Assembly: GCA_963555815.3 (NCBI GenBank)
Contig: CAUVWX020000002.1
Coordinates: forward strand, 512,001-576,000
Reading direction: 5' to 3'
Length of the DNA: 64,000 bases
Source: a bacterium
GTDB lineage: Bacteria > UBA8248 > JACPRG01 > G963555815
Shown: piece after piece, positions 30,709-39,418 of the stretch
Layout: each line of letters opens with the position of its first letter
How positions within the stretch are numbered: position 1 is the stretch's first letter
Made by a program: the position numbers and the translations under genes
Notes under the pieces: generated by a model
The model's database searches: none
Seen by the model: only the letters and a program-made list of their open reading frames with translations
Told to the model about the DNA's origin: nothing

Positions 30709-31608
30709 ATGTCTTCTCCGGTTTTTGGCAGCATCGAAGAAGTTCAAGATCGTCTCAAGGACGAAAAGTACATCGCGGATCGGGCCCTCTCGACGACGGT
30801 CTTTCTTTCGATCCAGATGGGCAAGCCCATCTTCCTCGAGGGAGAAGCCGGGGTCGGCAAGACCGATGTGGCAAAGGTCTTGGCCCGGATCGCAGACACC
30901 CGCCTCATTCGTCTCCAATGCTACGAGGGACTGGATGCCAACGCCGCCCTCTATGAATGGAATTACGCCAAACAGCTCCTTCGAATCAAGCTCTCGGAGG
31001 GTCAAAAGGGCTCGCGGGAGGAGCTAGAGGAAACCATCTTCAGCCCTGACTTCCTCATCAAACGGCCTCTTCTTCAAGCCATCCAGAGCGACAACGACAA
31101 GTCCCCCGTCCTCCTCATCGACGAAGTGGACCGAAGTGACGAAGAGTTCGAGGCCTTTCTCCTGGAGGTCTTGGCCGATTTCCAAATCACGATCCCGGAG
31201 ATCGGGACCATCAGCGCCCACCACAAACCTTACGTGGTCCTCACCTCGAACCGAACCCGGGACGTCCACGACGCCCTCAAGCGCCGCTGCCTCTACCTCT
31301 AGATCGATTACCCCACCTTCGACAAAGAATTGGAAATCGTGACGACGAAGGTCCCCGGGATCGGCGAAGAGCTGGCGCGGCAGATCTGCAACTTCATGCA
31401 GGGATTCCGTGAAATGGACTTCTACAAGAAGCCCGGGATCGCCGAGACCCTTGACTGGGCCACGGCCCTCCTCACCCTTCACCGCTCGGAGCTGGATCGG
31501 GCGGCGGTCGAAGACACCCTGGGCACCATCTTCAAGTATCAGGAAGACGTCCTCCGGGCCCGGGACGAGGCCGTTCCCATGCTCTTTGGCCGCTACGCCG
31601 AGGACTGA
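30709..31608 (+). pseudogene. CoxD-like MoxR AAA+ ATPase interrupted by an in-frame TAG
   Basis: LEGEAGVGKT, LLIDEVDR and DALKRRCLYL-TAG-IDYP; the same frame continues to KKPGIAETLDW and stops at 31608. Confidence 0.85.
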
Positions 31609-31612
31609 GACC

Positions 31613-32902
31613 GTGCTCAAGGGCCAGACCCAGCCAGCAGGAGACGAAAGTCCTCTCTGGTCCTCCTTGAAGTCCGGCCGAGGAAATAATTTTACCCAAG
31701 ATTCCCTCCTCTTTTGCAGGGCGCTCAGAGACCGCAAGGTCAAGGTAACGACGGGCCGGATCATCGATAGCTATCGGAGCTTTCACCACATCGACCTGAC
31801 GCAAAAGAGTGACTTCTACGTAGCCACCCGCGCCAACCTTGTTTCCAACCAGCACGAGATAAAGGTTTTCGACGACGTCTTTCGAGAGTTCTGGGATCTC
31901 GAAGACTTTTGTCCCGATGACCCGGAAGAAAATGCCCCGGGACGGGAGTCCACCGGTCTCGGACCTGAGAGCTGCAACGCCGAAGACCAAGAACCGGGCG
32001 GCAAGGGCCAAGGTGAGACGGGGAAAGGAGACCCCCGGGGTGAAGGGGAAGAAGAGATCTTCCACATGCCGGAAGAAGCGCCCGATGCCCAGGGGGAGGA
32101 CACGGGGCCCAGGGGGGACGACAACTTCCCGAGCTATAGCCCCCACGAGGCCCTATCCGTCAAGGATTTTGGCAGTTTCAAGGGCGAAGAGGTGGAAGAG
32201 ATCCGAAGGCTCATCGCCAAGCTGGCTCCCAAGCTGGCGACCCGCCTCGGCCGTCGCAAGCAGGCAACCCACCGAAGGAAGCTCATCGATCTTCGGCGCA
32301 CCATCAGAAAGAATCTGCGCTACGGCGGGGAAGTGGTAAGGCTGTTTCACCGCAAACGGAAGATCAAAAAGAACGAGCTCGTTCTTATTTGCGACGTGAG
32401 CGGCTCCATGGACGCCTACAGCCAGTTTCTGGTCCAGTTCATCTATGGGCTTCAAAACGAGATCCGGAACGTCCAAACGGCGGTCTTCAGCACCCGCCTC
32501 ACAGTCGCCACCCCCCACCTCAAAGAGCGATACCTCCAAAAGGCCCTCGCCCGCCTGTCCGAGCGGGTCCACGACTGGTCCGGCGGGACCAACATCGAGG
32601 GATGTCTCAAGACCTTCAACGAACGCTGGGGGAACATGATGGTGTCCAAACACACCACCGTCATCCTCATCAGCGACGGCTGGGATCGAGGTGACATTAA
32701 GACGCTGGACCTGGAGCTTCGAAGGCTCCGAAACCGATGCCGACGCCTCATCTGGCTGAACCCCCTCCTGGGAAGCCCGGGCTACAAGCCCATCGACCGG
32801 GGGATGCGGACGGCGCTCCCCTACATCGACAAGGGTTGCTTCCTCCCGGCCCATAACCTCCAGTCCCTCGAAAAACTCGTCGAAGTCCTGAGATTGAATT
32901 AA
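31613..32902 (+). CDS. CoxE-like VWA-domain protein
   Basis: DLRRTIR, MIDAS CDVSGSM, WSGGTNI, ISDGWD and WLNPLLG motifs. Confidence 0.9.
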   Translation: MLKGQTQPAGDESPLWSSLKSGRGNNFTQDSLLFCRALRDRKVKVTTGRIIDSYRSFHHIDLTQKSDFYVATRANLVSNQHEIKVFDDVFREFWDLEDFCPDDPEENAPGRESTGLGPESCNAEDQEPGGKGQGETGKGDPRGEGEEEIFHMPEEAPDAQGEDTGPRGDDNFPSYSPHEALSVKDFGSFKGEEVEEIRRLIAKLAPKLATRLGRRKQATHRRKLIDLRRTIRKNLRYGGEVVRLFHRKRKIKKNELVLICDVSGSMDAYSQFLVQFIYGLQNEIRNVQTAVFSTRLTVATPHLKERYLQKALARLSERVHDWSGGTNIEGCLKTFNERWGNMMVSKHTTVILISDGWDRGDIKTLDLELRRLRNRCRRLIWLNPLLGSPGYKPIDRGMRTALPYIDKGCFLPAHNLQSLEKLVEVLRLN

Positions 32903-32966
32903 GAAGCCCCGATGGTGGAGGGCTTGCACCCCCTTGGTCTGAGACGATGAGACGAGGGAGGCGGTA

Positions 32967-34682
32967 TTAATTCAGCCAGAAGGTCATGCCCGCATACGGA
33001 CTGGTGATAAAGCGATCCAGGTGGGCAAACTCGCGGTCAAAGAGGCGGACAGCTTCTGCGTGTTCCAGGTCCCGCCTCTCCCGCGGCTCCCTGGAATAGA
33101 TTCGGGCGAGGCGTTCCCCGTCATCAAAAATGCTCCCGGCCAAGTGATAGCGGTCCACGACCTCCTGAAGCTCGTCCAACACGGGGCCCTTCTCCAGTAA
33201 AACGATGTAATCCACGGGCGGGTCGGGCCGAAAATTTTCGAGAGCAAAAAGACGCTTCCGTTTCGGGTCTCCGCACTCGCACCGGACGGTCCCCAGGTAG
33301 AACTCGGCGAGGATCGGGTCGTCATTGATGTACACCCGGCTATCTGGCCCCCCATACTTGCGAATCCAGTAGCCAGCCGACTTCGTGCCCCGATATTGGC
33401 GAGTCCAGCCAAGGGCCCCCTGCCCTTCCGCCTTGACATACCAAGCCTGATTGGGAGTGGAAAAGAGGTAGTTCACCGCCAGGGCCCCCGAGGTCCCCTC
33501 GGCCAAGACCAGGACCGTCACAGCAACGGCGCCCCACCTTGCCCACCGACCATGTGAGCGCATGCCCCGTACCAGAAAGTCGGCCGAGAGGAGAAACACT
33601 GCAATTCCACACGTGGCGATGAGGTGAACCGGCTGGGCAGAGAAAACCCCCAGAAAGGGCAAGCCCAGCAGGATGGACCACCAGATCAGAAGGCCCCGCA
33701 CATTAAAGCGGACGAGGGCCGGGAGGTTTCGGAGAAATGCGGCCAGGGCGACGAGGATCAGGCCAAAGCCGAACGCGCTGCCGAAGACGCCGAGAGTGGC
33801 GGGCGTGAAGCTCATCGGCCGCCTGTGACCGAACGACCAGGCCAACAGGCCCACCAGCTCGCCCCGCCAGAGGGCCACAGCAAAGAAACCCAACTGAAGG
33901 ACAAGGACAATCAGAGGAAGTATGCCCCACCATATCAGGGCCGTCTCGCGTTTAAAGGCCAGCACTCTCTTCAGAGTCACCCGGCCCCCTTCGCCTGCGG
34001 CCTCCTGCCGCATGCGCATCCATCCGAAATAAACCAGCACCAGAAGCGTAAACGCAAACCCATTGTTGGAGAGCACCTCCAGGCTGAGCAGAATGCTCAC
34101 CAGGGCGGCCCAGATCCACGTCCGGGTGGAGAAGAGCCGCTCGGCGGCCAAAAAGAGCAACACCTGGATGAAGAAGATCCCCACCATGGGGTGATTGATC
34201 CGGGAGACGGCGATGTGGTAGGCGGCCAAGGCCCCGAAGAGGGTGGCCAGGAGACCCGTCTCTGCGTCGAACCACCGCCTTCCCAAAAAGTAGAGCCCCA
34301 GGAGGGAGAGGGTCCCGACCACCGCATAGGGGAGGAAGAGGAAAAACTCTCGAACGGGAACCCCAAGGAGGTTCAGGACGTTAAGGTTGATGAACTGGAT
34401 GAGGGGGGAGCTGGCCCCATTGTAATAGATAAAGAGCTGAGCCAGAAAATTCTCGATCCAGGGCCCCCCCGGCAGGAACCGGGCTTGGGTCAGGCGAAAG
34501 CCCGCCAGCAGGGGGTTGACTTCGTCATGGTTGGCGTCCACCACCCGGTCGAGACTGAACAGCCTCAGCCCGAAGGCCACCAGAAGCAGCAACACGAGGA
34601 GCCAGATCCCATATCGCTCCAGAAAGCGAGAGACCGCACCTTCTGTCCTGCCGGCAACTGGGCTTGCAGCCTTAAGGGACAC
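32967..34682 (-). CDS. GT-C fold membrane glycosyltransferase (GT39/PMT-like)
   Basis: Many TM segments; LRLFSL...HDE acidic first loop. Confidence 0.65.
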   Translation of the reverse strand: MSLKAASPVAGRTEGAVSRFLERYGIWLLVLLLLVAFGLRLFSLDRVVDANHDEVNPLLAGFRLTQARFLPGGPWIENFLAQLFIYYNGASSPLIQFINLNVLNLLGVPVREFFLFLPYAVVGTLSLLGLYFLGRRWFDAETGLLATLFGALAAYHIAVSRINHPMVGIFFIQVLLFLAAERLFSTRTWIWAALVSILLSLEVLSNNGFAFTLLVLVYFGWMRMRQEAAGEGGRVTLKRVLAFKRETALIWWGILPLIVLVLQLGFFAVALWRGELVGLLAWSFGHRRPMSFTPATLGVFGSAFGFGLILVALAAFLRNLPALVRFNVRGLLIWWSILLGLPFLGVFSAQPVHLIATCGIAVFLLSADFLVRGMRSHGRWARWGAVAVTVLVLAEGTSGALAVNYLFSTPNQAWYVKAEGQGALGWTRQYRGTKSAGYWIRKYGGPDSRVYINDDPILAEFYLGTVRCECGDPKRKRLFALENFRPDPPVDYIVLLEKGPVLDELQEVVDRYHLAGSIFDDGERLARIYSREPRERRDLEHAEAVRLFDREFAHLDRFITSPYAGMTFWLN

Positions 34683-35961
34683 CGCTTGCCTCCTCCCTCA
34701 CCGCCCGCGCGTGGAGACCGACCAGGGCGACCAGCAGAAGCATCCCGCCGAGCCCCGGCCCCCCCCAAAGCTTCCAGGTGTCCAGCGCCACAGGAGGGGT
34801 CGCACTGAGCCACCAATCGATGAGGCGCATAGGGATGATGGGGCTCATCATAAGGTATGAGACGGCCAGGACGACGGCCCACGCCAGGCGCGTGCGGCGC
34901 TTGTCCGCTTGGCGCGACCGGCCCGCCGCCTCCCGCACCAGGTGGATGGCGGCCGCCGAAAGCCCGGGCAGCGCAAAGGCCAGATAGTAAGTTTGATTGC
35001 GATTCACCAGCATCGCCATGATCGTCAGGAGGAGCCCACCTTCCAGGGAGATTAAGCCGGGCCGCGTGGAGGGGAAGTACCGGATCACGTAGACCGCCAG
35101 GGCGGCCAGCACCGCCAGGTTTAGCCATCCCGCCCAGCGACGGACCCGAGCAGAGTCGCGGATCTCCAGAAAACCTCCCTCCAGCTGCCTCACGACAAAG
35201 GGACGCTGGAGCAGGTTCACCAAGGCCTGGTTATTGATGTGGGTCGTAGCGTGTCCCTGGCCGAAGGTCGTGACGCGATATTCCCGCAACGTACTAGACC
35301 GAGACCAGGGAAGCGCCGGCTGCAAGGCAAAAAAGAGCACGGCCGAGACCGCAACTGCCGCCCCCAAGGCTGCCCACCGCCGTTTCCACGCCAGGTAGGG
35401 AAAAAAGATGGCGGGCAGGAACTTCAGGGACACGGCCAGGCCGATGGCCACCCCTCCAGAGATTTGACGCCCCCAATAGGCAAAGGCCCAGACGATGAGG
35501 AAAAGCTCGAGAACCTCAATGGCACGCTGGCCGAAAGCCGCGTGAAGGGGCGTGAAGTTCAACCAAACGACTGCCACGAGGAACCACTCCCACCCACTCG
35601 AAAGGCGGAGCACTCTTCGTCCCCACAACCAAAAGGCAGCCACGGCGCTGGTCCACAGCCCAAGATGTGTCAGAAGGTCAATGACCCGGTAGGAGGTCAA
35701 GAAGGTCAGGGGGAAGGTGATCAGGTGGAACCCGGGGCCATAGTTCCACCACCCTTGCACGCTGACGTGGCCGGCGCCGAAGATAGCCTCCTGAAGAAGC
35801 AAGGGGTTATAGGACTGGACAAAAGGGCCGGGGAAGGCCGAATAAAAATCACCTATGATGGAGCGGGTGGGGGAGAAGATCCCACCAAAAGCAAATCGAA
35901 GAAGACTATAGGCCAGAAAAGCGACCCAGAGCGTCCGTGCCCACCTTTGGCCATCCACCAT
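34672..35961 (-). CDS. GT87-like GT-C glycosyltransferase
   Basis: Polytopic protein with GDFY, NYGP, LAVSLKFLP and NQAL motifs typical of the GT87/DUF2029 family. Confidence 0.65.
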   Translation of the reverse strand: MVDGQRWARTLWVAFLAYSLLRFAFGGIFSPTRSIIGDFYSAFPGPFVQSYNPLLLQEAIFGAGHVSVQGWWNYGPGFHLITFPLTFLTSYRVIDLLTHLGLWTSAVAAFWLWGRRVLRLSSGWEWFLVAVVWLNFTPLHAAFGQRAIEVLELFLIVWAFAYWGRQISGGVAIGLAVSLKFLPAIFFPYLAWKRRWAALGAAVAVSAVLFFALQPALPWSRSSTLREYRVTTFGQGHATTHINNQALVNLLQRPFVVRQLEGGFLEIRDSARVRRWAGWLNLAVLAALAVYVIRYFPSTRPGLISLEGGLLLTIMAMLVNRNQTYYLAFALPGLSAAAIHLVREAAGRSRQADKRRTRLAWAVVLAVSYLMMSPIIPMRLIDWWLSATPPVALDTWKLWGGPGLGGMLLLVALVGLHARAVREEASGVP

Positions 35962-36101
35962 TTATGTCTCTCACAATTCACCCGCCCACCCCTCGCCCCG
36001 GCGGCTCGGCCATGGGAGAGACTGGCAAAAAAGCGGTTCAGATAATATCACCGAAGGGAGAAGATCACTAGAGGTGCAGACCGAGACCGGGAGTGCGTGG
36101 G

Positions 36102-36146
36102 GAAACTTCCGGGAAGTTGCGCGGCAACTGGGCAGAACTATATATT
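36102..36146 (+). promoter_or_regulatory. Four pentamers at 11-bp spacing plus an AT-rich -10-like element upstream of the glnR-like gene
   Basis: GAAAC(36102)-n6-GAAGT-n6-GCAAC-n6-GAACT(36135), followed by atatatt. Confidence 0.4.
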
Positions 36147-36185
36147 AGGGCATCAGTTGGATCTCCGTCACCCATGGGCCCACCT

Positions 36186-36882
36186 ATGGCTAAGCGTCCC
36201 CTCAAAGCCTTGCTCATCAGCCAGGACACAGCACTGGCCAAGGCACTGGGCCGCGCACTAGAGCCTCTGGGATTGACCGTCTTGAAGTCGTCGCCCCCCA
36301 TGGGAGCGCGAGAGAAGATCTCGTGGGGATCAGGGTTGAAAGGCGACAACTCTCTTCTCATCGTGGACGGTCGAGACTACCTTGCCAGCTTTCTCGGCAC
36401 CCCCTCGACGAACGGCCAAGCCCCCCCTACCCTCCTCCTGTTGAAAGGAGGAAGTCCTGTCGACGATCAGGGAACCCCTCCATGCGGATGAGGTGATCAT
36501 CCTGCCCCTTCGTCCTGGAGAGGTGAGGCTTCGGGTCGGACAGCTACTCGGAGAGCGGGTTTATGGTCGAAGACTGGGGTCTTCTCCCTCCTCTGAGGGA
36601 CCGGGCGACCTTTCGCTGGACGCCGACCGCTATGAGATCACCCTCGATGGGATTCCCCTTGAGCTGACGTATCTGGAATTCGAATTCCTCAAGTACTTGA
36701 TGACCCATCCCGAGCGGACCCTGACGCGCGAGCACCTCTTGAACCAGGTCTGGGGCGAGGATTACCTCGGAGGCACCCGAACGGTAGACGTTCACATCCG
36801 CCGCCTTCGGGCAAAGCTGGAGCGGGGAAACCGGGATTTCATCAAGACGGTTCGGGGGGTGGGATATCAGTTTCTGGTGTGA
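36186..36882 (+). pseudogene. GlnR-like atypical OmpR-family regulator, split by a +1 frameshift near 36443-36448
   Basis: Winged helix LTYLEFEFLKYL...VWGEDYLGGTRTVDVHIRRLRAKL; degenerate receiver domain in the upstream frame; lies directly before glnA. Confidence 0.72.
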
Positions 36883-36906
36883 GAGGCCCTTTTGGAAACA
36901 GTCGAT

Positions 36907-36944
36907 TTAACACAAATTTAATCTCCTCGTAACCTCCCTGAAAT
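36907..36944 (+). promoter_or_regulatory. Putative GlnR/OmpR-type direct-repeat operator upstream of glnA
   Basis: TTAAC-n6-TTAAT-n6-GTAAC-n6-GAAAT at 36907, 36918, 36929 and 36940. Confidence 0.6.
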
Positions 36945-37016
36945 ATTCTCCTCTTAGACTGTAGGTGTGAGAGTTTAGGCGCCCGTCGCCCTAGAAAAGG
37001 AGGAGAAGCCTGCCCT

Positions 37017-38411
37017 ATGGCCACCCGGACGTCCCGCCGCGCGACTACCACCGGTCAAAAATCTCTTCAGGGCTCCAAACCCAAGGCGAAGGACAAGGAA
37101 TATGTCCTGCGCATGGTCAAAGAGCACAACGTCAAGTTCATCCGTTTCTGGTTCACCGACATCCTAGGGTTCTTGAAGAGCTTTGCCATGACCCAGGACG
37201 AACTGGAGCTCTCTGTGTACGAAGGGCAGGGATTTGACGGCTCCTCTATCCAAGGGTTCGCCCGCATTGAAGAGAGCGACATGGTGGCCATGCCGAATCC
37301 CGCCACCTTCCAGATCCTCCCCTGGAGGAATCGAGAGGAGGGTGGCGTGGCCCGGATGTTCTGCGACATTCTGAACCCGGAAGGCACGCCCTATGCGGGA
37401 GACCCCCGCCACGTCCTCAAGCGAAACCTGAAGAAGGCCGCGGACCTCGGATACACCTTTTATGTGGGCCCTGAGCTCGAGTACTTCTACTTCAAGAACG
37501 CCGAAGGGACTGAAACCCTGGACCACGGGGGCTATTTCGATCCCACCCCCCTCGATGTCGCCAGCGACCTTCGGCGGGACACGGTCCTCACCCTTCAGGC
37601 CATGGGGATTGATGTCGAGTACAGCCACCACGAGGTGGGCCCCAGCCAACACGAGATAGACCTTCGCTATGCCGACGCCCTCACCATGGCCGACAATGCC
37701 ATAACCTACCGCTTGGTGGTCAAAGAGGTGGCCCTGAAGCACAACGTCTACGCCACCTTCATGCCAAAACCCATCTCCGGCGAGAACGGCAGCGGCATGC
37801 ACACTCACATGTCCCTCTTTCAGGGCTCAAAGAACGCTTTTTTTGACACCAAGGACCGAGACCATCTTTCCCCGGTCGCGAGAGCGTTCATCGCCGGTCT
37901 GATGCGCCACATCCCCGAGATCACCTTGGTCCTGAACCAGTGGGTGAACTCCTACAAGCGGCTCACGCCTGGCTATGAGGCCCCCGTCTACATCACCTGG
38001 GCCCGGCGAAACCGCTCCGATCTCATCCGGGTCCCCGTCTATAAGCCCGGCAAAGAGCAGGCGACCCGCGTCGAGGTCCGCTCCCCCGATCCCGCCTGCA
38101 ACCCCTACCTCGCCTTCGCCGTCATGCTGGCGGCTGGCTTGGAGGGGATTCAGAAGGGTTACAAGCTCAGAAAACCCGTTGAGCGCAATGTGTATGACAT
38201 GACCCAGGAGGAAAGGAAGAAGCTGGGGATCGAGACCCTGCCCTCAGATCTCCATGAGGCCATCAAGGTGGCCGAGGAGAGCAAGCTCCTGCGGGAGTGC
38301 TTGGGGGATCACGTTTTCACAAAACTCCTGGAAAACAAACAGATCGAATGGGACCGCTACTGGGCCCACGTCTCCAAGTACGAGCTGGACAAGTACCTAC
38401 CCATTCTCTAG
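37017..38411 (+). CDS. glnA: Glutamine synthetase type I
   Basis: FDGSSI, SHHEVGPSQHEID, FMPKP, NGSGMH and EVRSPDP motifs. Confidence 0.97.
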   Translation: MATRTSRRATTTGQKSLQGSKPKAKDKEYVLRMVKEHNVKFIRFWFTDILGFLKSFAMTQDELELSVYEGQGFDGSSIQGFARIEESDMVAMPNPATFQILPWRNREEGGVARMFCDILNPEGTPYAGDPRHVLKRNLKKAADLGYTFYVGPELEYFYFKNAEGTETLDHGGYFDPTPLDVASDLRRDTVLTLQAMGIDVEYSHHEVGPSQHEIDLRYADALTMADNAITYRLVVKEVALKHNVYATFMPKPISGENGSGMHTHMSLFQGSKNAFFDTKDRDHLSPVARAFIAGLMRHIPEITLVLNQWVNSYKRLTPGYEAPVYITWARRNRSDLIRVPVYKPGKEQATRVEVRSPDPACNPYLAFAVMLAAGLEGIQKGYKLRKPVERNVYDMTQEERKKLGIETLPSDLHEAIKVAEESKLLRECLGDHVFTKLLENKQIEWDRYWAHVSKYELDKYLPIL

Positions 38412-38448
38412 GGGTCTAGAAGGGATTCTCGACGCTTCAGGGCAGGTG

Positions 38449-38715
38449 TCAGGGCGAGACGACGTCCCCTTCGATGGGGTCGACCCGGACTCCCCGGGTC
38501 TCCAGGGCCTCGACGGCCCGCTCGATCTCCTCCGGCTGGCCGGTCAGCTCCAGCTCCACCCAGCCCGATTCGGCCGTCACGTTAGCCCTGCGGATGTTGT
38601 AGACCACCTGAAAGGCCTTTCCGATCTCGTGGATATAGGGCCTTTTCACCTTCTCACTGGGGAAGGTGAGCCGAACCCGGACCCTTGTCGCCGTCTCTTC
38701 TTTCACGGTCCCCAT
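38449..38715 (-). CDS. Stand-alone NIL-domain protein
   Basis: LTFP..KRPYI..NIRRANV..GWVELELTG..GVRVDPIEGD pattern. Confidence 0.82.
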   Translation of the reverse strand: MGTVKEETATRVRVRLTFPSEKVKRPYIHEIGKAFQVVYNIRRANVTAESGWVELELTGQPEEIERAVEALETRGVRVDPIEGDVVSP

Positions 38716-38729
38716 CCCTCCCCGTCGAG

Positions 38730-38972
38730 CTACGAGTCGAGGTCCTCCTTGCGGGTCTCCTCGGGGCGAACCCCCCTCGACTGAAGATAGGCCATGGCTT
38801 TATCGATCTCGCCCTCGCTCCCCTCTATCTCCAGGACTATCAAGCCCCGCTCGGCATTTACGTGCGCCCGGAAAACACTGGTGACGACCTCAAACTGGCG
38901 GCCCATCTCATAGATGATGGGCTCCTTGATGAGATCCCCTTCATAGGTCAGGGTGATGAACTTTTTGGCCAC
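38730..38972 (-). CDS. Stand-alone NIL-domain protein (second paralog)
   Basis: LTY..IKEPIIY..FRAHV..GLIVLEIEG..YLQSRGV pattern. Confidence 0.82.
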   Translation of the reverse strand: MAKKFITLTYEGDLIKEPIIYEMGRQFEVVTSVFRAHVNAERGLIVLEIEGSEGEIDKAMAYLQSRGVRPEETRKEDLDS

Positions 38973-38986
38973 AGCTTATCCCCCGT

Positions 38987-39418
38987 TCACAGGACCGCCA
39001 GGTTGTGTTCCTCCAAAGACCAGGTGCTGACGCGGTAACGCTTGGATCCACCCCCCTTTCCGTCCACCCCGACGATGATGTAGATCCATCCCTCCCAATC
39101 ACCCATCCGCTCCAGATCGGTGGGGGAGAGTCGGGAGGGGTGGTCCGGATGGGAATGGTAAAACCCCACCACCTCCTGGCCGGTCTCCCTCAGGGAATCC
39201 TGAAGGCGCAGGAAAGCCCTGGGGTCAATTTCATAGCGGTCCTGGGCCCGTTCCTTATTGAGATTCTCTGTGGGGCGGGCCTCTTCGATGACGATGCGCT
39301 TTTGGCCACCCCGGCGCCCTGCGCCCCCGACCAGAAAGCCGCAGCACTCATGAGGGTAATCCCGCCCCGCGTGACGCTTTAGGGCAAGGAGGGCCTTTTC
39401 CCTGATCTCGACGCTCAC
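38987..39418 (-). CDS. JAB/MPN+ (Mec/M67-type) metalloprotease
   Basis: YPHECCG and FYHSHPDHPSRLSPTD give a complete JAMM motif; GTG start overlaps the upstream TGA. Confidence 0.9.
   Translation of the reverse strand: MSVEIREKALLALKRHAGRDYPHECCGFLVGGAGRRGGQKRIVIEEARPTENLNKERAQDRYEIDPRAFLRLQDSLRETGQEVVGFYHSHPDHPSRLSPTDLERMGDWEGWIYIIVGVDGKGGGSKRYRVSTWSLEEHNLAVL

Noticed and set aside
31300..31302. Genome-wide TAG reassignment
   Set aside because: TAG terminates several full-length conserved genes in this window, including glnA, mreB and tmk.
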